Assembly: GCA_035504175.1 (NCBI GenBank)
Contig: DATJSJ010000231.1
Span: forward strand, 10,306 to 74,305
DNA from: Acetobacteraceae bacterium
Lineage (GTDB): Bacteria; Pseudomonadota; Alphaproteobacteria; Acetobacterales; Acetobacteraceae
Reading direction: 5' to 3'
DNA length: 64,000 nucleotides
The position numbers and the translations under genes are program-made. Below the pieces are notes generated by a model. The model was not told where the DNA came from. It worked only from the letters and a program-made list of their open reading frames with translations, and did not search any database. Positions 17,903 to 26,798 of this stretch are shown piece by piece. Position 1 is the first letter of the stretch; each line of letters opens with the position of its first letter.

Positions 17903-20335
17903 TCAGGCGTTGGCGTCGACGAGCGCCCGCTCTCGCGACGCCTCTTCGGCCTCCCGCACCACCTCGATCGTGCGCAGCAGGCTCGACGGATTCACGCTGA
18001 TCGAGTCGATGCCGAGCCGCGCCAGCAGCCGCGCGATCTCCGGGTAGCTCGCCGGCGCCTCGCCGCAAATGCCGACCTTGCGCCGGTTGCGCAGCGCCCC
18101 GTCGATCGCCATCCGCAGCATTTCCAGCATGCCGGGATCGCGCTCGTCGAAATCGAACGCGACGATGTCGGAATCGCGGTCGACGCCGAGCGCGAGCTGC
18201 GTCAGATCGTTCGAGCCGATCGAGAACCCGTCGAACACCGCGGCGAAGGCATCGGCCTGGATGACGTTGTTCGGGATCTCGCACATCACGTAGACCTGCA
18301 GCCCGTCGCGACCGCGCTCGAGCCCGTGCTCGGCCATCGCCGCCAGCACGCGCCTCGCCTCGACCACGCGGCGGCAGAACGGCACCATGACGATCAGGTT
18401 GATGAGCCCCATCGGCCCGCGCACCCGCGCCAGCGCCTCGCATTCCAGCGCGAACCCCTCGGCGTAGGCCGGGTGGGCGTAGCGGGCGGCGCCGCGGAAG
18501 CCGAGCATCGGATTGGCCTCCTTCGGCTCGAACATCACGCCGCCCAGCAGCGCTGCATACTCGTTGGTCTTGAAGTCGGACAGCCGCACGATCACCGGCT
18601 TCGGATAAAAGGCCGCGGCGATCGTGCCGATGCCCTCGGCGAGATTGCGGACGAAAAATTCACGCGGCGAGTCGAAGCCGGCGGTCCGCTCGGTGATGCG
18701 CGCGCGATCCGCGGCATCGACCCGCTCCGGATGCACCAGCGCCATCGGATGAATGCCGATGTGCTCGCTGATGATGAATTCCATCCGCGCCAGACCGACC
18801 CCGGCATTCGGCATCATCGCGGTGCGGAAGGCGAGGTCGGGATTGCCGAGATTGACCATGATGGCGGTCCGCGGCAGCGTCAGCGTACCGGCATCGAGCT
18901 CGGTCACGTCGAACGGCAGCGTACCGTCATACACCGCACCGATCTCGCCGCCGGCGCAGGAGACGGTGACCGCCTGGCCGCTGCGCAGCAGCTCGGTCGC
19001 ATGGCCAGTGCCGACCACGGCCGGCACGCCGAGCTCGCGGGCGACGATCGCCGCATGGCAGGTGCGACCGCCATGGTCGGTGATGATCGCCGCGGCGGTC
19101 TTCATCACCGGCTCCCAGTCCGGGCTGGTCGAGGGCGCGACCAGCACCTCGCCGGGGCGGAAGGCGGCGAGATCGGCGGCCGCGGCGATCACCCGCACCG
19201 TCCCGGCGCCGATCTTCTCGCCGACCGCCCGCCCGCGCGTCAGCACCGCGCCCTCGCCGCGCAGCGTGTAGGTCTCGAGCTTCGCCGCGGAGCGACGCGA
19301 GGCGACTGTCTCCGGCCGCGCCTGCACGATGTAGAGCGCGCCGTCCTCGGCATCCTTCGCCCATTCGATGTCCATCGGCTGGCGATGGCCGGCATGGGCG
19401 GAGTAGTGATCCTCGATCGCCATCGCCTGGCCGGCGAGCGTCAGCACCTCCTCGTCGGTCAGGCAATAGCGGGCGCGCAGGTCCGGCGGCGTCGGCGCAT
19501 CGCGCGTGGTTGATCCGAAATGCCCCGGCGCCAGCTCCATGGTAAGCTGCTTCTCGCCGCGCTCGCGGCGCAGCACGGCGCGATGCCCGCTTCGGTAGGA
19601 CGGCTTGTGCACGGTGAACTCGTCGGGATCGACCTTGCCCTGCACGATGTTCTCGCCGAGCCCGTAGATGCCGGTGACGAACACCACGTCGCGGAAGCCG
19701 GATTCGGTGTCGAGCGTGAAGATCACGCCGCTCGCGGCGCGGTCGGAGCGGACCATCTTCATGACGCCGACCGAAAGCGCCACCTTGAAATGGTCGAAGC
19801 CGTTGTTGACGCGGTAGACGATCGCCCGGTCGGTGAACAGCGAGGCGAAGCAGCGGCGGCAGGCCTCGAACAGATCCTCGGCGCCGGTGATGTTGAGATA
19901 GCTGTCGTGCTGGCCGGCAAAGCTCGCGGTCGGCAGGTCCTCGGCCGTCGCGGAGCTGCGCACCACGACGGCGACTCCGGCACCGTACTCCGCCTCGAGC
20001 CGGCGATAGGCGCCGGCCACGACCTCCCGCAGCGCGTCGCCGCCGGTCGCGGCATAGACGAGTGCACGCGCCTCAGCCGCGCGCTCCGCCAGCAGCGCGA
20101 CATCGGTGACGTCGAGCCCGTCGAGCAGCGCACGCAGCTTCGCATCCGCGCCCGCTCCCTCCACGGCGTCGCGATAAGCCTCGGCCGTCAGGGCGAAGCC
20201 GTTCGGCACGCGCACGCCGCTGGCGCGCAGGGCGCAGTAGAGCTCTCCGAGCGAGGCGTTCTTGCCGCCCACCAGTGGCACGTCGTCGAGGCCGATGCTG
20301 TCGAACCAGCGGAGAAGCCCGGTGCTCGTGCTCAT
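17903..20335 (-). CDS. ppsA: Phosphoenolpyruvate synthase (pyruvate, water dikinase)
   Basis: MSTSTGLLRWFDSIGLDDVPLVGGKNASLGELY... the phosphohistidine region GGRTCHAAIVARELGVPAVVG, and the PEP-utilising C-terminal TIM-barrel motifs (GFSIGSNDLTQL). I chose the ATG at 20335 because the ORF-track start 20395 would overlap a FixK box. Confidence 0.92.
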   Translation of the reverse strand: MSTSTGLLRWFDSIGLDDVPLVGGKNASLGELYCALRASGVRVPNGFALTAEAYRDAVEGAGADAKLRALLDGLDVTDVALLAERAAEARALVYAATGGDALREVVAGAYRRLEAEYGAGVAVVVRSSATAEDLPTASFAGQHDSYLNITGAEDLFEACRRCFASLFTDRAIVYRVNNGFDHFKVALSVGVMKMVRSDRAASGVIFTLDTESGFRDVVFVTGIYGLGENIVQGKVDPDEFTVHKPSYRSGHRAVLRRERGEKQLTMELAPGHFGSTTRDAPTPPDLRARYCLTDEEVLTLAGQAMAIEDHYSAHAGHRQPMDIEWAKDAEDGALYIVQARPETVASRRSAAKLETYTLRGEGAVLTRGRAVGEKIGAGTVRVIAAAADLAAFRPGEVLVAPSTSPDWEPVMKTAAAIITDHGGRTCHAAIVARELGVPAVVGTGHATELLRSGQAVTVSCAGGEIGAVYDGTLPFDVTELDAGTLTLPRTAIMVNLGNPDLAFRTAMMPNAGVGLARMEFIISEHIGIHPMALVHPERVDAADRARITERTAGFDSPREFFVRNLAEGIGTIAAAFYPKPVIVRLSDFKTNEYAALLGGVMFEPKEANPMLGFRGAARYAHPAYAEGFALECEALARVRGPMGLINLIVMVPFCRRVVEARRVLAAMAEHGLERGRDGLQVYVMCEIPNNVIQADAFAAVFDGFSIGSNDLTQLALGVDRDSDIVAFDFDERDPGMLEMLRMAIDGALRNRRKVGICGEAPASYPEIARLLARLGIDSISVNPSSLLRTIEVVREAEEASRERALVDANA

Positions 20336-20394
20336 GGCCTGACGCTTCGCTCCCATGGTGCGTGACATGGAAGGCGCCGAAGCTCCCCAGCGCA

Positions 20395-20408
20395 TTGACC
20401 TGCATCAA
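20395..20408. promoter_or_regulatory. FixK/FNR-type box TTGACCTGCATCAA
   Basis: TTGA-N6-TCAA palindrome centred about 66 nt upstream of the ppsA ATG (20335). Confidence 0.55.
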
Positions 20409-20442
20409 GCCCGCATCGGTGCGGATGCCGTGCCGGTCGGGA

Positions 20443-20456
20443 TTGATCTGGATCAG
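20443..20456. promoter_or_regulatory. FixK/FNR-type box TTGATCTGGATCAG
   Basis: 13 of 14 positions match the TTGAT-N4-ATCAA architecture. It is centred about 57 nt upstream of the ROK kinase start (20507). Confidence 0.45.
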
Positions 20457-20506
20457 CGCCAGCCTGCCCGATCCGGGATCAACTGTGCGATCGGGAGAGC
20501 GCAGAC

Positions 20507-21409
20507 GTGGCATCGCACCGCATCGGCATCGACTTTGGCGGCAGCAAGATCGAGATCGCGGTTCTGGCGGCGGATTCGTCAATCCGGCTGCGACGTCGGG
20601 TGCCGACTCCCGCCACATACGCCGAGGCGATTGCCGCCGTCGCCACGCTGGTCGAGCAGGCGGAGCGCGAGGCGGGTACCGGGGTTTTGCCCGTCGGGAT
20701 CGGATTGCCGGGCCGCATCGAGCCGGCGACCGGCCACGTCATCAGCGCCAATTGCCTGAGCGGCCAGCCGTTCCAGCGTCATGTCGAGGCGGCGCTCGGC
20801 CGGGCGGTGCGGCTTGCCAACGATGCGGACTGCTTCGCGCTCAGCGAAGCGACCGACGGCGCCGGCCAGGGCGCGCGATGCGTATTCGGCGCGGTGCTCG
20901 GCACCGGCTGCGGCGGCGGCGTGGTGATCGACGGCCGGCTGCTCGAAGGCTGCAATGGCGTCAGCGCCGAGTGGGGACACAACCCCTTTGCTTTCGAGGA
21001 TCCGGAGGAGCTGCCCGGCCGGCTCTGCTGGTGTGGCCGTCGCGGCTGCAACGAGACCGTGCTGGCCGGCCCGGCCCTGGCCCGACTCTGCGACGGACCC
21101 GACGCGCATGACGCGACCGGCATCGCCCGGCGCGCGGCGCGAGGCGATCCGCGCGCGCAGGCGGCGCTCGAGCATCATGCTGCGCGCCTGGCACGCGCCC
21201 TGGGTCAGATCGTCAACCTGATCGATCCGGAGGTGATCGTGCTGGGCGGCGGCCTCTCCAACATGGAGCACCTCTACGCGCAGCTGCCGCTGCTGATCGC
21301 GCCCTATGTGTTCGGCGGGCGTTCTGCCACGCGCATCCTGCGCAACCGGCACGGCGACAGCTCCGGCGTGCGCGGCGCGGCCTGGCTGTGGGGATCTGCC
21401 GAGCCGTAG
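20507..21409 (+). CDS. ROK-family sugar kinase (NagK/Mak-like)
   Basis: [17 protein letters not shown] (ATP-binding DxGG), [24 protein letters not shown], and the zinc motif GHNPF...[18 protein letters not shown]. Confidence 0.85.
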   Translation: MASHRIGIDFGGSKIEIAVLAADSSIRLRRRVPTPATYAEAIAAVATLVEQAEREAGTGVLPVGIGLPGRIEPATGHVISANCLSGQPFQRHVEAALGRAVRLANDADCFALSEATDGAGQGARCVFGAVLGTGCGGGVVIDGRLLEGCNGVSAEWGHNPFAFEDPEELPGRLCWCGRRGCNETVLAGPALARLCDGPDAHDATGIARRAARGDPRAQAALEHHAARLARALGQIVNLIDPEVIVLGGGLSNMEHLYAQLPLLIAPYVFGGRSATRILRNRHGDSSGVRGAAWLWGSAEP

Positions 21410-21451
21410 GGCGGTTCGGACCGCCCATGTCGGGCCGGGCTGCGGCCCGAC
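21410..21451 (+). terminator. Two tandem GC hairpins after the ROK kinase gene
   Basis: GGCGGT-TCGG-ACCGCC (21410-21425) and GTCGGGCCG-GGCTG-CGGCCCGAC (21429-21451). There is no T-tract. Confidence 0.35.
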
Positions 21452-21593
21452 GCGCGGAATCGCGCCGCTTCTATTCGCCAGGGCCGGGGATCAAAACGCG
21501 ATCGCCGGCGGCGGATTCATCGGACGCGGGAATCATCGGCCGAAGACAGACGACTGGACCGGCATCGCTCGGTACGGTCAGCGCGGGTCCGGT

Positions 21594-22298
21594 TCAGTGC
21601 ATGAATTCGCAGCCGGCGACGCCGAGGGCGCGACGGTCCCGGATCGTCACGCGGGCGCGGTCGACCGTGATCGCGCCGCTGCGCCCGAAGCGGCCGAGGC
21701 CGCGGCAGACCGTCTCGACGGTCAGGCCGAGATAATCCGCCATGTCGGCACGGCCCATAGGCAGCTCGATCAGGGAGGTCGCATCGCTGCCGAGCCGCGT
21801 TGCCATCTCGAGCAGGAACGTGGCGATCCGCTCGGAGGCGGTCTTGCGGCCGAGCAGCACCAGCCGCTCGCGCCCGGCGCGCATCTGTGCCGCGATCACC
21901 GCACGCAACCGCCGCGCAAAGCCTGCATCGCGATCCGCCAGCAGCTCGAGGCTGCGGCGGGGATAGCGGCGCAGCACCACCGGCGTCACCGCCTCGGCGG
22001 CGAAGTCGTAGGTGTCCAGCGCCTCCCAGCCGAACAGGGCACCGGCGAAGAGGAACTCGCCGACCTGGCGCCGGCCGTCATCCATCAGGCTGACGGTGCG
22101 CAGACAGCCGCTCAGCACGACATAGCAATAACCCGCCGGATCACCCTGGGCCACGATCTCCTCGTCGCGATCGGCGCGGATGGTGACGCCAAGCGGTTCG
22201 AGGGGCGCCAGCAAATGCGGCGCCGCGGCGGCACCCGGCGCCGGGAGCAGCGATGCCGGCGGTGGCGGCGCCGTCCTCGCCTGCATCGTGGCAAGCAT
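21594..22298 (-). CDS. fixK: Crp/Fnr-family transcriptional regulator, FixK-like
   Basis: This is the C-terminal 234 aa of the 833-aa artefactual [12 protein letters not shown]... has a cNMP-binding-like beta-roll ([21 protein letters not shown]) and a C-terminal HTH ([21 protein letters not shown]). It lacks the N-terminal Cys cluster of Fnr. The RBS GGAGGA lies 5 nt upstream of the ATG at 22298. Confidence 0.85.
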   Translation of the reverse strand: MLATMQARTAPPPPASLLPAPGAAAAPHLLAPLEPLGVTIRADRDEEIVAQGDPAGYCYVVLSGCLRTVSLMDDGRRQVGEFLFAGALFGWEALDTYDFAAEAVTPVVLRRYPRRSLELLADRDAGFARRLRAVIAAQMRAGRERLVLLGRKTASERIATFLLEMATRLGSDATSLIELPMGRADMADYLGLTVETVCRGLGRFGRSGAITVDRARVTIRDRRALGVAGCEFMH

Positions 22299-22376
22299 GC
22301 GATCCTCCGTTCCTCGACCCCGTTTCTGCCGCCGAGGATCGACCAGCCGCCGCCGTACCGGAATCCGACAGGTTTC

Positions 22377-22394
22377 GTACGAAGAACTACGTAT
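22377..22394. promoter_or_regulatory. TACG-rich inverted motif in an A/T-rich patch upstream of fixK (candidate FixJ box)
   Basis: GTACGAAG (22377-22384) and CTACGTAT (22387-22394), with the palindrome TTCGTACGAA at 22374-22383, lie 79-96 nt upstream of the fixK ATG. Confidence 0.3.
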
Positions 22395-22620
22395 GCAGGG
22401 CTTTACGTCCGGGCCGGGACCTGGCGCTCGGCGACCGCGCGGTCCCCGCAGGGCGGCCGCCCAGGCCGGGTGATGCATCACGCGATGCAACCCCGGGGAA
22501 AAGATGCGGGGAAGGTGTCTGTCGACGGTCCCTCCCCGCGAGATTGTCACGGGCAGATGGGACGTGGGGCAGGGCATTGCCCGTGCTGCGGCACAGTGCT
22601 CGCCGCGCCGCCGCCGCGCA

Positions 22621-22634
22621 TTGATCTGTGTCAA
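22621..22634. promoter_or_regulatory. FixK/FNR-type box TTGATCTGTGTCAA
   Basis: TTGA-N6-TCAA in the fixK/fixL divergent intergenic region, about 142 nt upstream of the fixL ATG. Confidence 0.55.
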
Positions 22635-22769
22635 GCCGGGCGCTATCCGGGGGCAGGGCCGCGGTGCTCCGGTGCCGGCAGGGATCGGCGCCCGTCCCCG
22701 TGTCCGCCATTGAAGGTCCGCCCGGTTTTGCCGCTTCCTCCCAACGATTCCGACGAAACGATCGCGCCG

Positions 22770-24251
22770 ATGCGTCTCGCCGCCATCGTCGAGTCCTCCG
22801 ATGACGCCATCGTGGCAAAGGATCTGGCCGGCACGGTGACCGCCTGGAACCGCGCGGCCGAGGCGATGTTCGGCTATCCGGCGGCCGAGATCATCGGCCG
22901 GCCAATCACCACGATCATCCCGCCCGGGCGCCGGGCCGAGGAGGACGAGATCATCGATCGCCTGCGGCGCGGCGAGGTGCTGCGGGATTTCGAGACCGAG
23001 CGGCGGTGTCGTGACGGCCGGATCATTCCCGTTTCGCTCTCGATTTCGCCGATCCGCGACCCGGAGGGGCACATCGTCGGCATTTCCAAAATCGCCCGCG
23101 ACCTGAGCGAAGCCCAGCGCGTGCGGCGGGAGCTGGAAGGGCGTGAGGCGCTGCTGCGTGCGGTGCTGGAGACCGTGACCGACGCCATGATCGTGATCGA
23201 CGCCGAGGGACGGATCCAGTCCTTCAGCGCCGCGGCGGAGCGGCAGTTCGGCTACACGGCGGCGGAGGTGGTCGGCCGCAACGTCTCGATCTTGATGCCG
23301 GGGCCATACCGTGACGAGCATAACGCGTATATCGGGCGCTATCTCGCGACCGGACAGCGGCGGATCATCGGCATCGGCCGGGTGGTGATCGGCCAGCGTC
23401 GCGACGGCAGCACCTTTCCGCTGGAGCTGGCGGTGGGCGAAGTCAACCTGCCCGGGACCCGCCTGTTCGCCGGCTTCATCCGCGATCTGACGGAACGCCA
23501 GGACAGGGAGAAGCGGCTGGCGGAGCTGCAGTCCCAGCTGATCCACGTCTCGCGCGTCTCGGAACTGGGCCAGATGGCATCGGCCCTGGCGCATGAGGTG
23601 AACCAGCCACTGACCGCGATGATCAACTACCTGAGCGGCGCGCGCCGCCTGTTCGCGGCTGGCAATTCGGAGCAGGCGCTGCAGGCGCTGGAGCGCATTG
23701 CCGAGCAGGCAGAGCGGGCGCGGATGATCATCCAGCGGCTGCGCGATCTGGTGCGCAAGGGCGAGACCGAGCGCGGCGTCGAAAGCCTGGTCAAGACGAT
23801 CGAGGCGGCGAGTGCCCTCGCACTGGCCGGGGTCGGGCACCGGCTGAAACTCGAGCTCCGCATCGCCGACGATGCGACCGAAGCGGTGATCGACAAGGTG
23901 CAGGTGCAGCAGGTGCTGCTCAACCTCATCCGCAATGCGGTCGAGGCCATGGCGCATTCGCAGCGGCGCGAGCTGGTGGTCAGCACGCGGCGGGCGGACG
24001 ACATGGTGGAGATTGCGGTCGCCGACAGCGGCCCGGGCCTGCCGCCGGAGGTCCAGGCGCGGCTGTTCCAGCCCTTCGTGACGACCAAGCCGCATGGGCT
24101 CGGGGTCGGGCTATCGGTGTGCCGGACGATCGTCGAGGCGCATGGCGGCGCGCTGCATGCCGAGGCGGCGGCGGACAGGGGCACGGTGTTCCGCTTTACG
24201 GTTCCGGCCGCGCCGGAACCGAAGCCGCCGCCGCCGCGTCAGGCAGGATGA
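22770..24251 (+). CDS. fixL: Oxygen-sensor histidine kinase FixL (soluble, two PAS domains, heme-PAS)
   Basis: PAS1 is [31 protein letters not shown]. The heme-PAS is [54 protein letters not shown], very close to the Bradyrhizobium FixL heme pocket. H-box: [16 protein letters not shown]. The HATPase N, G1 and G2 boxes are present. An earlier non-ATG start is possible. Confidence 0.9.
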   Translation: MRLAAIVESSDDAIVAKDLAGTVTAWNRAAEAMFGYPAAEIIGRPITTIIPPGRRAEEDEIIDRLRRGEVLRDFETERRCRDGRIIPVSLSISPIRDPEGHIVGISKIARDLSEAQRVRRELEGREALLRAVLETVTDAMIVIDAEGRIQSFSAAAERQFGYTAAEVVGRNVSILMPGPYRDEHNAYIGRYLATGQRRIIGIGRVVIGQRRDGSTFPLELAVGEVNLPGTRLFAGFIRDLTERQDREKRLAELQSQLIHVSRVSELGQMASALAHEVNQPLTAMINYLSGARRLFAAGNSEQALQALERIAEQAERARMIIQRLRDLVRKGETERGVESLVKTIEAASALALAGVGHRLKLELRIADDATEAVIDKVQVQQVLLNLIRNAVEAMAHSQRRELVVSTRRADDMVEIAVADSGPGLPPEVQARLFQPFVTTKPHGLGVGLSVCRTIVEAHGGALHAEAAADRGTVFRFTVPAAPEPKPPPPRQAG

Positions 24252-24328
24252 TCCAGATCAATGTGCCCGGCCCGGGACCGGGCGAGCATCGGGACTTTAG
24301 CCTGGCCGGACGGGGACAGACGAGATTG

Positions 24329-24721
24329 ATGACAGGCGATCCCGGCGGCATCGTGGCGATCGTAGACGACGACAGCGGGGTTCTCGATTCGCTGCGATTC
24401 CTGCTGGAAACGGCCGGGTATGCGGTGGCGACGTACGATTCGGCCGCGTCCTTCCTCGGAGATGGCGGGGCAGGGCCCGCCTGCCTGATCCTCGATCATC
24501 ACATGCCGCAGATGTCCGGGCTGGAACTGGCGGCACGCTTGCGCAGCGGCGGCTGGGCGACACCCGTGCTGTTGATCACTGGCTCTTCGTCGCCGGCGAT
24601 CGCGGCGCGGGCCGTCGAGCTCGGCATCGAGCGGGTGCTCGAGAAGCCGCCGCTGGAGGCGGATCTGCTGGCATTCGTCGAGGCGCACTGGCGGGGCGCC
24701 GCCGCCGGGACCGAGGCGTAG
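24329..24721 (+). CDS. Single-domain response regulator (receiver only)
   Basis: 130 aa. IVAIVDDDSGVLDSLRFLLETAGYAV...LILDHHMPQMSGLELAARL...PVLLITGSSSP...LEKP. The acidic pocket, the phospho-Asp, and the conserved T/S and K positions are present. There is no output domain. Confidence 0.85.
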   Translation: MTGDPGGIVAIVDDDSGVLDSLRFLLETAGYAVATYDSAASFLGDGGAGPACLILDHHMPQMSGLELAARLRSGGWATPVLLITGSSSPAIAARAVELGIERVLEKPPLEADLLAFVEAHWRGAAAGTEA

Positions 24722-24887
24722 CGCCCGGGGCGCTCTGAATGCGGGCCGCGCGCCGGCGGCGATCGCGCGGCGCCGACTGACCGCCCGGCTTCCCGCATCA
24801 CCGACGCCGAACCCGTCGCCCGTCCCGAGCCGGCGCAGGGGGCAGCTACCGATCCGACTTCGGATCAGTACTAAAACGCATCGAGAC

Positions 24888-24903
24888 TGTGAGCTGCGTC
24901 ACA
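24888..24903. promoter_or_regulatory. Perfect CRP-class palindrome TGTGA-GCTGCG-TCACA
   Basis: An exact TGTGA-N6-TCACA, adjacent to the A/T-rich CAGTACTAAAACGCATCGAGAC and about 140 nt upstream of the ATG at 25043. Confidence 0.4.
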
Positions 24904-25042
24904 GCAGCGCGCCTGCGTCCGTGGGCAGCGTGTGGGGCAGGAGGCTGCGTATCGACCGGGGTCGAAACGACCGACCGGTTCGTTGTCGGACCTTGGCGCT
25001 CGGCAGCGCAGCGAACACCCGACGCGACATGGACATGGCACA

Positions 25043-26788
25043 ATGCAGATATCCGAGACCGTGACCGAAGCGGCGCGAAGGCACTTCGCGCAGCATTTCG
25101 GCAGGAAGGCACACCGGATCGTCCGGACCCAGAGCGACCGTCATCCCGACGAGGGTTTCCCGGTGCACCGTTTCCTGGCGGTGGTGCTGGAAGCCGGCAA
25201 TTCCGCCCCGGTCGAGCTGATCCTGGACGACGAAGGGCGCGTGGTGGAGCTGGCCAATCTGCGGCGCCGCGTGTTCATCCCGCGCGTCGAGCCGGTGCGA
25301 CCCGAGCTGGTCGGCGCGGCCCAGGTCACGATCGATCCAAGCTCGAACGATTTGCGGCTCGGCGAGTGCGACACCGTGCGCGAGACCATCACCGTCACGA
25401 TTCCGCCCTCGGCGGCGGTGGCGCCGGCGGACATCTATTTCCTCGCCGACAATACGGGGAGCATGGGTCCGGCGATCGGTGCCGTGCAGACCGGCGCGAA
25501 CGCGATGTTCGCGGCGCTCAGCGCCTATCCCAACCTGCAGTTCGGCGTCGGCGAATATCAGGATTTCGACAATGCCGGCGATACTTCGCTCGCGTTCCAG
25601 AACCGGCAGGCGATCACGCCGAGCCAGCCGGCGGTGACGGCGGCGATCGGCGGCTGGACGGCGCTGCCGGGCGCGGGCGGCGACGGGCCGGAAGCGCAGC
25701 TCTATGCGCTCGACCAGGTGGCCGGATCGGCGGCGATCGCCTGGCGCCCTGGCGTGAAGCGCATCGTGGTGTGGTTCGGCGACGCGCCGGGGCATGACCC
25801 GATCTGCAAGGCGGCGAGCGGGCTCGGCTACGACATTACCGAGGCATCGGTGACGGCGAAGCTGCAGGCGGCGCAGATCACCGTGCTGGCGCTGAGCCTG
25901 AATGACGGATCGGGTTATGCCAACGGGCTCAATGACGATCCGACCAACCTGCTCGGTCCGCTCAACGCGGCGTACACCGCCTGCGGCGCGCCGGGCGGGA
26001 CGCCTGGGCAGGCGACGCGGATCGCCGCGGCGACCGGCGGCATCGTGGTGAACAGCGTCGATCCGACGACGATCGTTTCCACGATCATCGCGCAGTTGAA
26101 GGCACTGCTGACGATCAACAACGTGCATCTGCAGCCGGTCGGCGCGATCGCGCCGTTCGTGACCTCGATCGTGCCGCCGTCCTATGGGCCGCTTCCGGGG
26201 GATCAGGCGAACACGCTGACTTTCGAGGTGACGCTCAGCGGCGACGTGGTCGATTGCGCGACGCGGGATCGGGTGTTCACCGGTGCGATCGACGTGGTGG
26301 TCGATGGCAGCGTGGTTGCGGCGAAGCCGACGCGGATCACCGTGCCGGCCTGCAAGTACACCTATGCCGTGAAGTTCGTGTGCGGCACGCAGGCGGCGTG
26401 CGGCTGCGCCTGTGGTCCGGTGCGTCCCGGCATTTATGCGACCGAGATCAACATTCTCAATCCGAAGTGCAAGGAGGCGACGATCACCAAGCGGTTCGTG
26501 CCGCTGGTGTTCGCCGGCGCGGTGACCGGCCGCGAGCCGGCGGTCGTGCAGGCGAGGGCGACCGAGCGCATCGTGCTGCCGTCCGGTGCGGCGACGATGG
26601 ATGATTGCTGCCGGATCGGCGAGGTGTTGTACGGGGCGACCCCGGCCGCACCGATGCCGCTGACGATTGGCTTCCTCGAGATCATCAGCGACCAGGAACT
26701 GCATGTCACGGCGGTCTACACCGCGTCCGATTCCGAGGGTCACGGCCTGAGTGTCGACGTGCAGGTCGTGCCAGGCCGCCTGACTTAA
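25043..26788 (+). CDS. Hypothetical protein with vWA (MIDAS) domain and Cys-rich C-terminal module
   Basis: The vWA-like core is ADIYFLADNTGSMG (DxTxS), GDGPEAQLYAL, RIVVWFGDAPGHD and ITVLALSL. The C-terminus is PACKYTYAVKFVCGTQAACGCACGPVRPGIYATEINILNPKCKEATITKRF...MDDCCRIGEVL. No signal peptide or TM helix is seen. The start is ambiguous (ATG 25043 or GTG 24932). Confidence 0.75.
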   Translation: MQISETVTEAARRHFAQHFGRKAHRIVRTQSDRHPDEGFPVHRFLAVVLEAGNSAPVELILDDEGRVVELANLRRRVFIPRVEPVRPELVGAAQVTIDPSSNDLRLGECDTVRETITVTIPPSAAVAPADIYFLADNTGSMGPAIGAVQTGANAMFAALSAYPNLQFGVGEYQDFDNAGDTSLAFQNRQAITPSQPAVTAAIGGWTALPGAGGDGPEAQLYALDQVAGSAAIAWRPGVKRIVVWFGDAPGHDPICKAASGLGYDITEASVTAKLQAAQITVLALSLNDGSGYANGLNDDPTNLLGPLNAAYTACGAPGGTPGQATRIAAATGGIVVNSVDPTTIVSTIIAQLKALLTINNVHLQPVGAIAPFVTSIVPPSYGPLPGDQANTLTFEVTLSGDVVDCATRDRVFTGAIDVVVDGSVVAAKPTRITVPACKYTYAVKFVCGTQAACGCACGPVRPGIYATEINILNPKCKEATITKRFVPLVFAGAVTGREPAVVQARATERIVLPSGAATMDDCCRIGEVLYGATPAAPMPLTIGFLEIISDQELHVTAVYTASDSEGHGLSVDVQVVPGRLT

Positions 26789-26798
26789 GTCCCGGGGT

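Noticed and set aside
20336-20395. Longer ppsA start at 20395 (ORF track).
   Set aside because: The extra 20 residues (MRWGASAPSMSRTMGAKRQA) are not PpsA-like, and this start would place the FixK-type box at 20395-20408 on the start codon. The ATG at 20335 gives a canonical N-terminus.
21306-24251. 981-aa plus-strand ORF and 833-aa minus-strand ORF (21594..24095), which would suggest giant overlapping genes.
   Set aside because: Only the 3' portions carry real domains: FixL from 22770, and FixK at 21594-22298. The upstream extensions are Arg/Pro-rich read-through across the intergenic region and across the opposite gene.
24851-24866. Small hairpin GATCCG-ACTT-CGGATC upstream of the vWA gene, considered as a terminator for the receiver gene.
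   Set aside because: The stem is only 6 bp, there is no T-tract, and it lies 130 nt after the stop. That is too weak to call, and it may simply be part of the promoter region.
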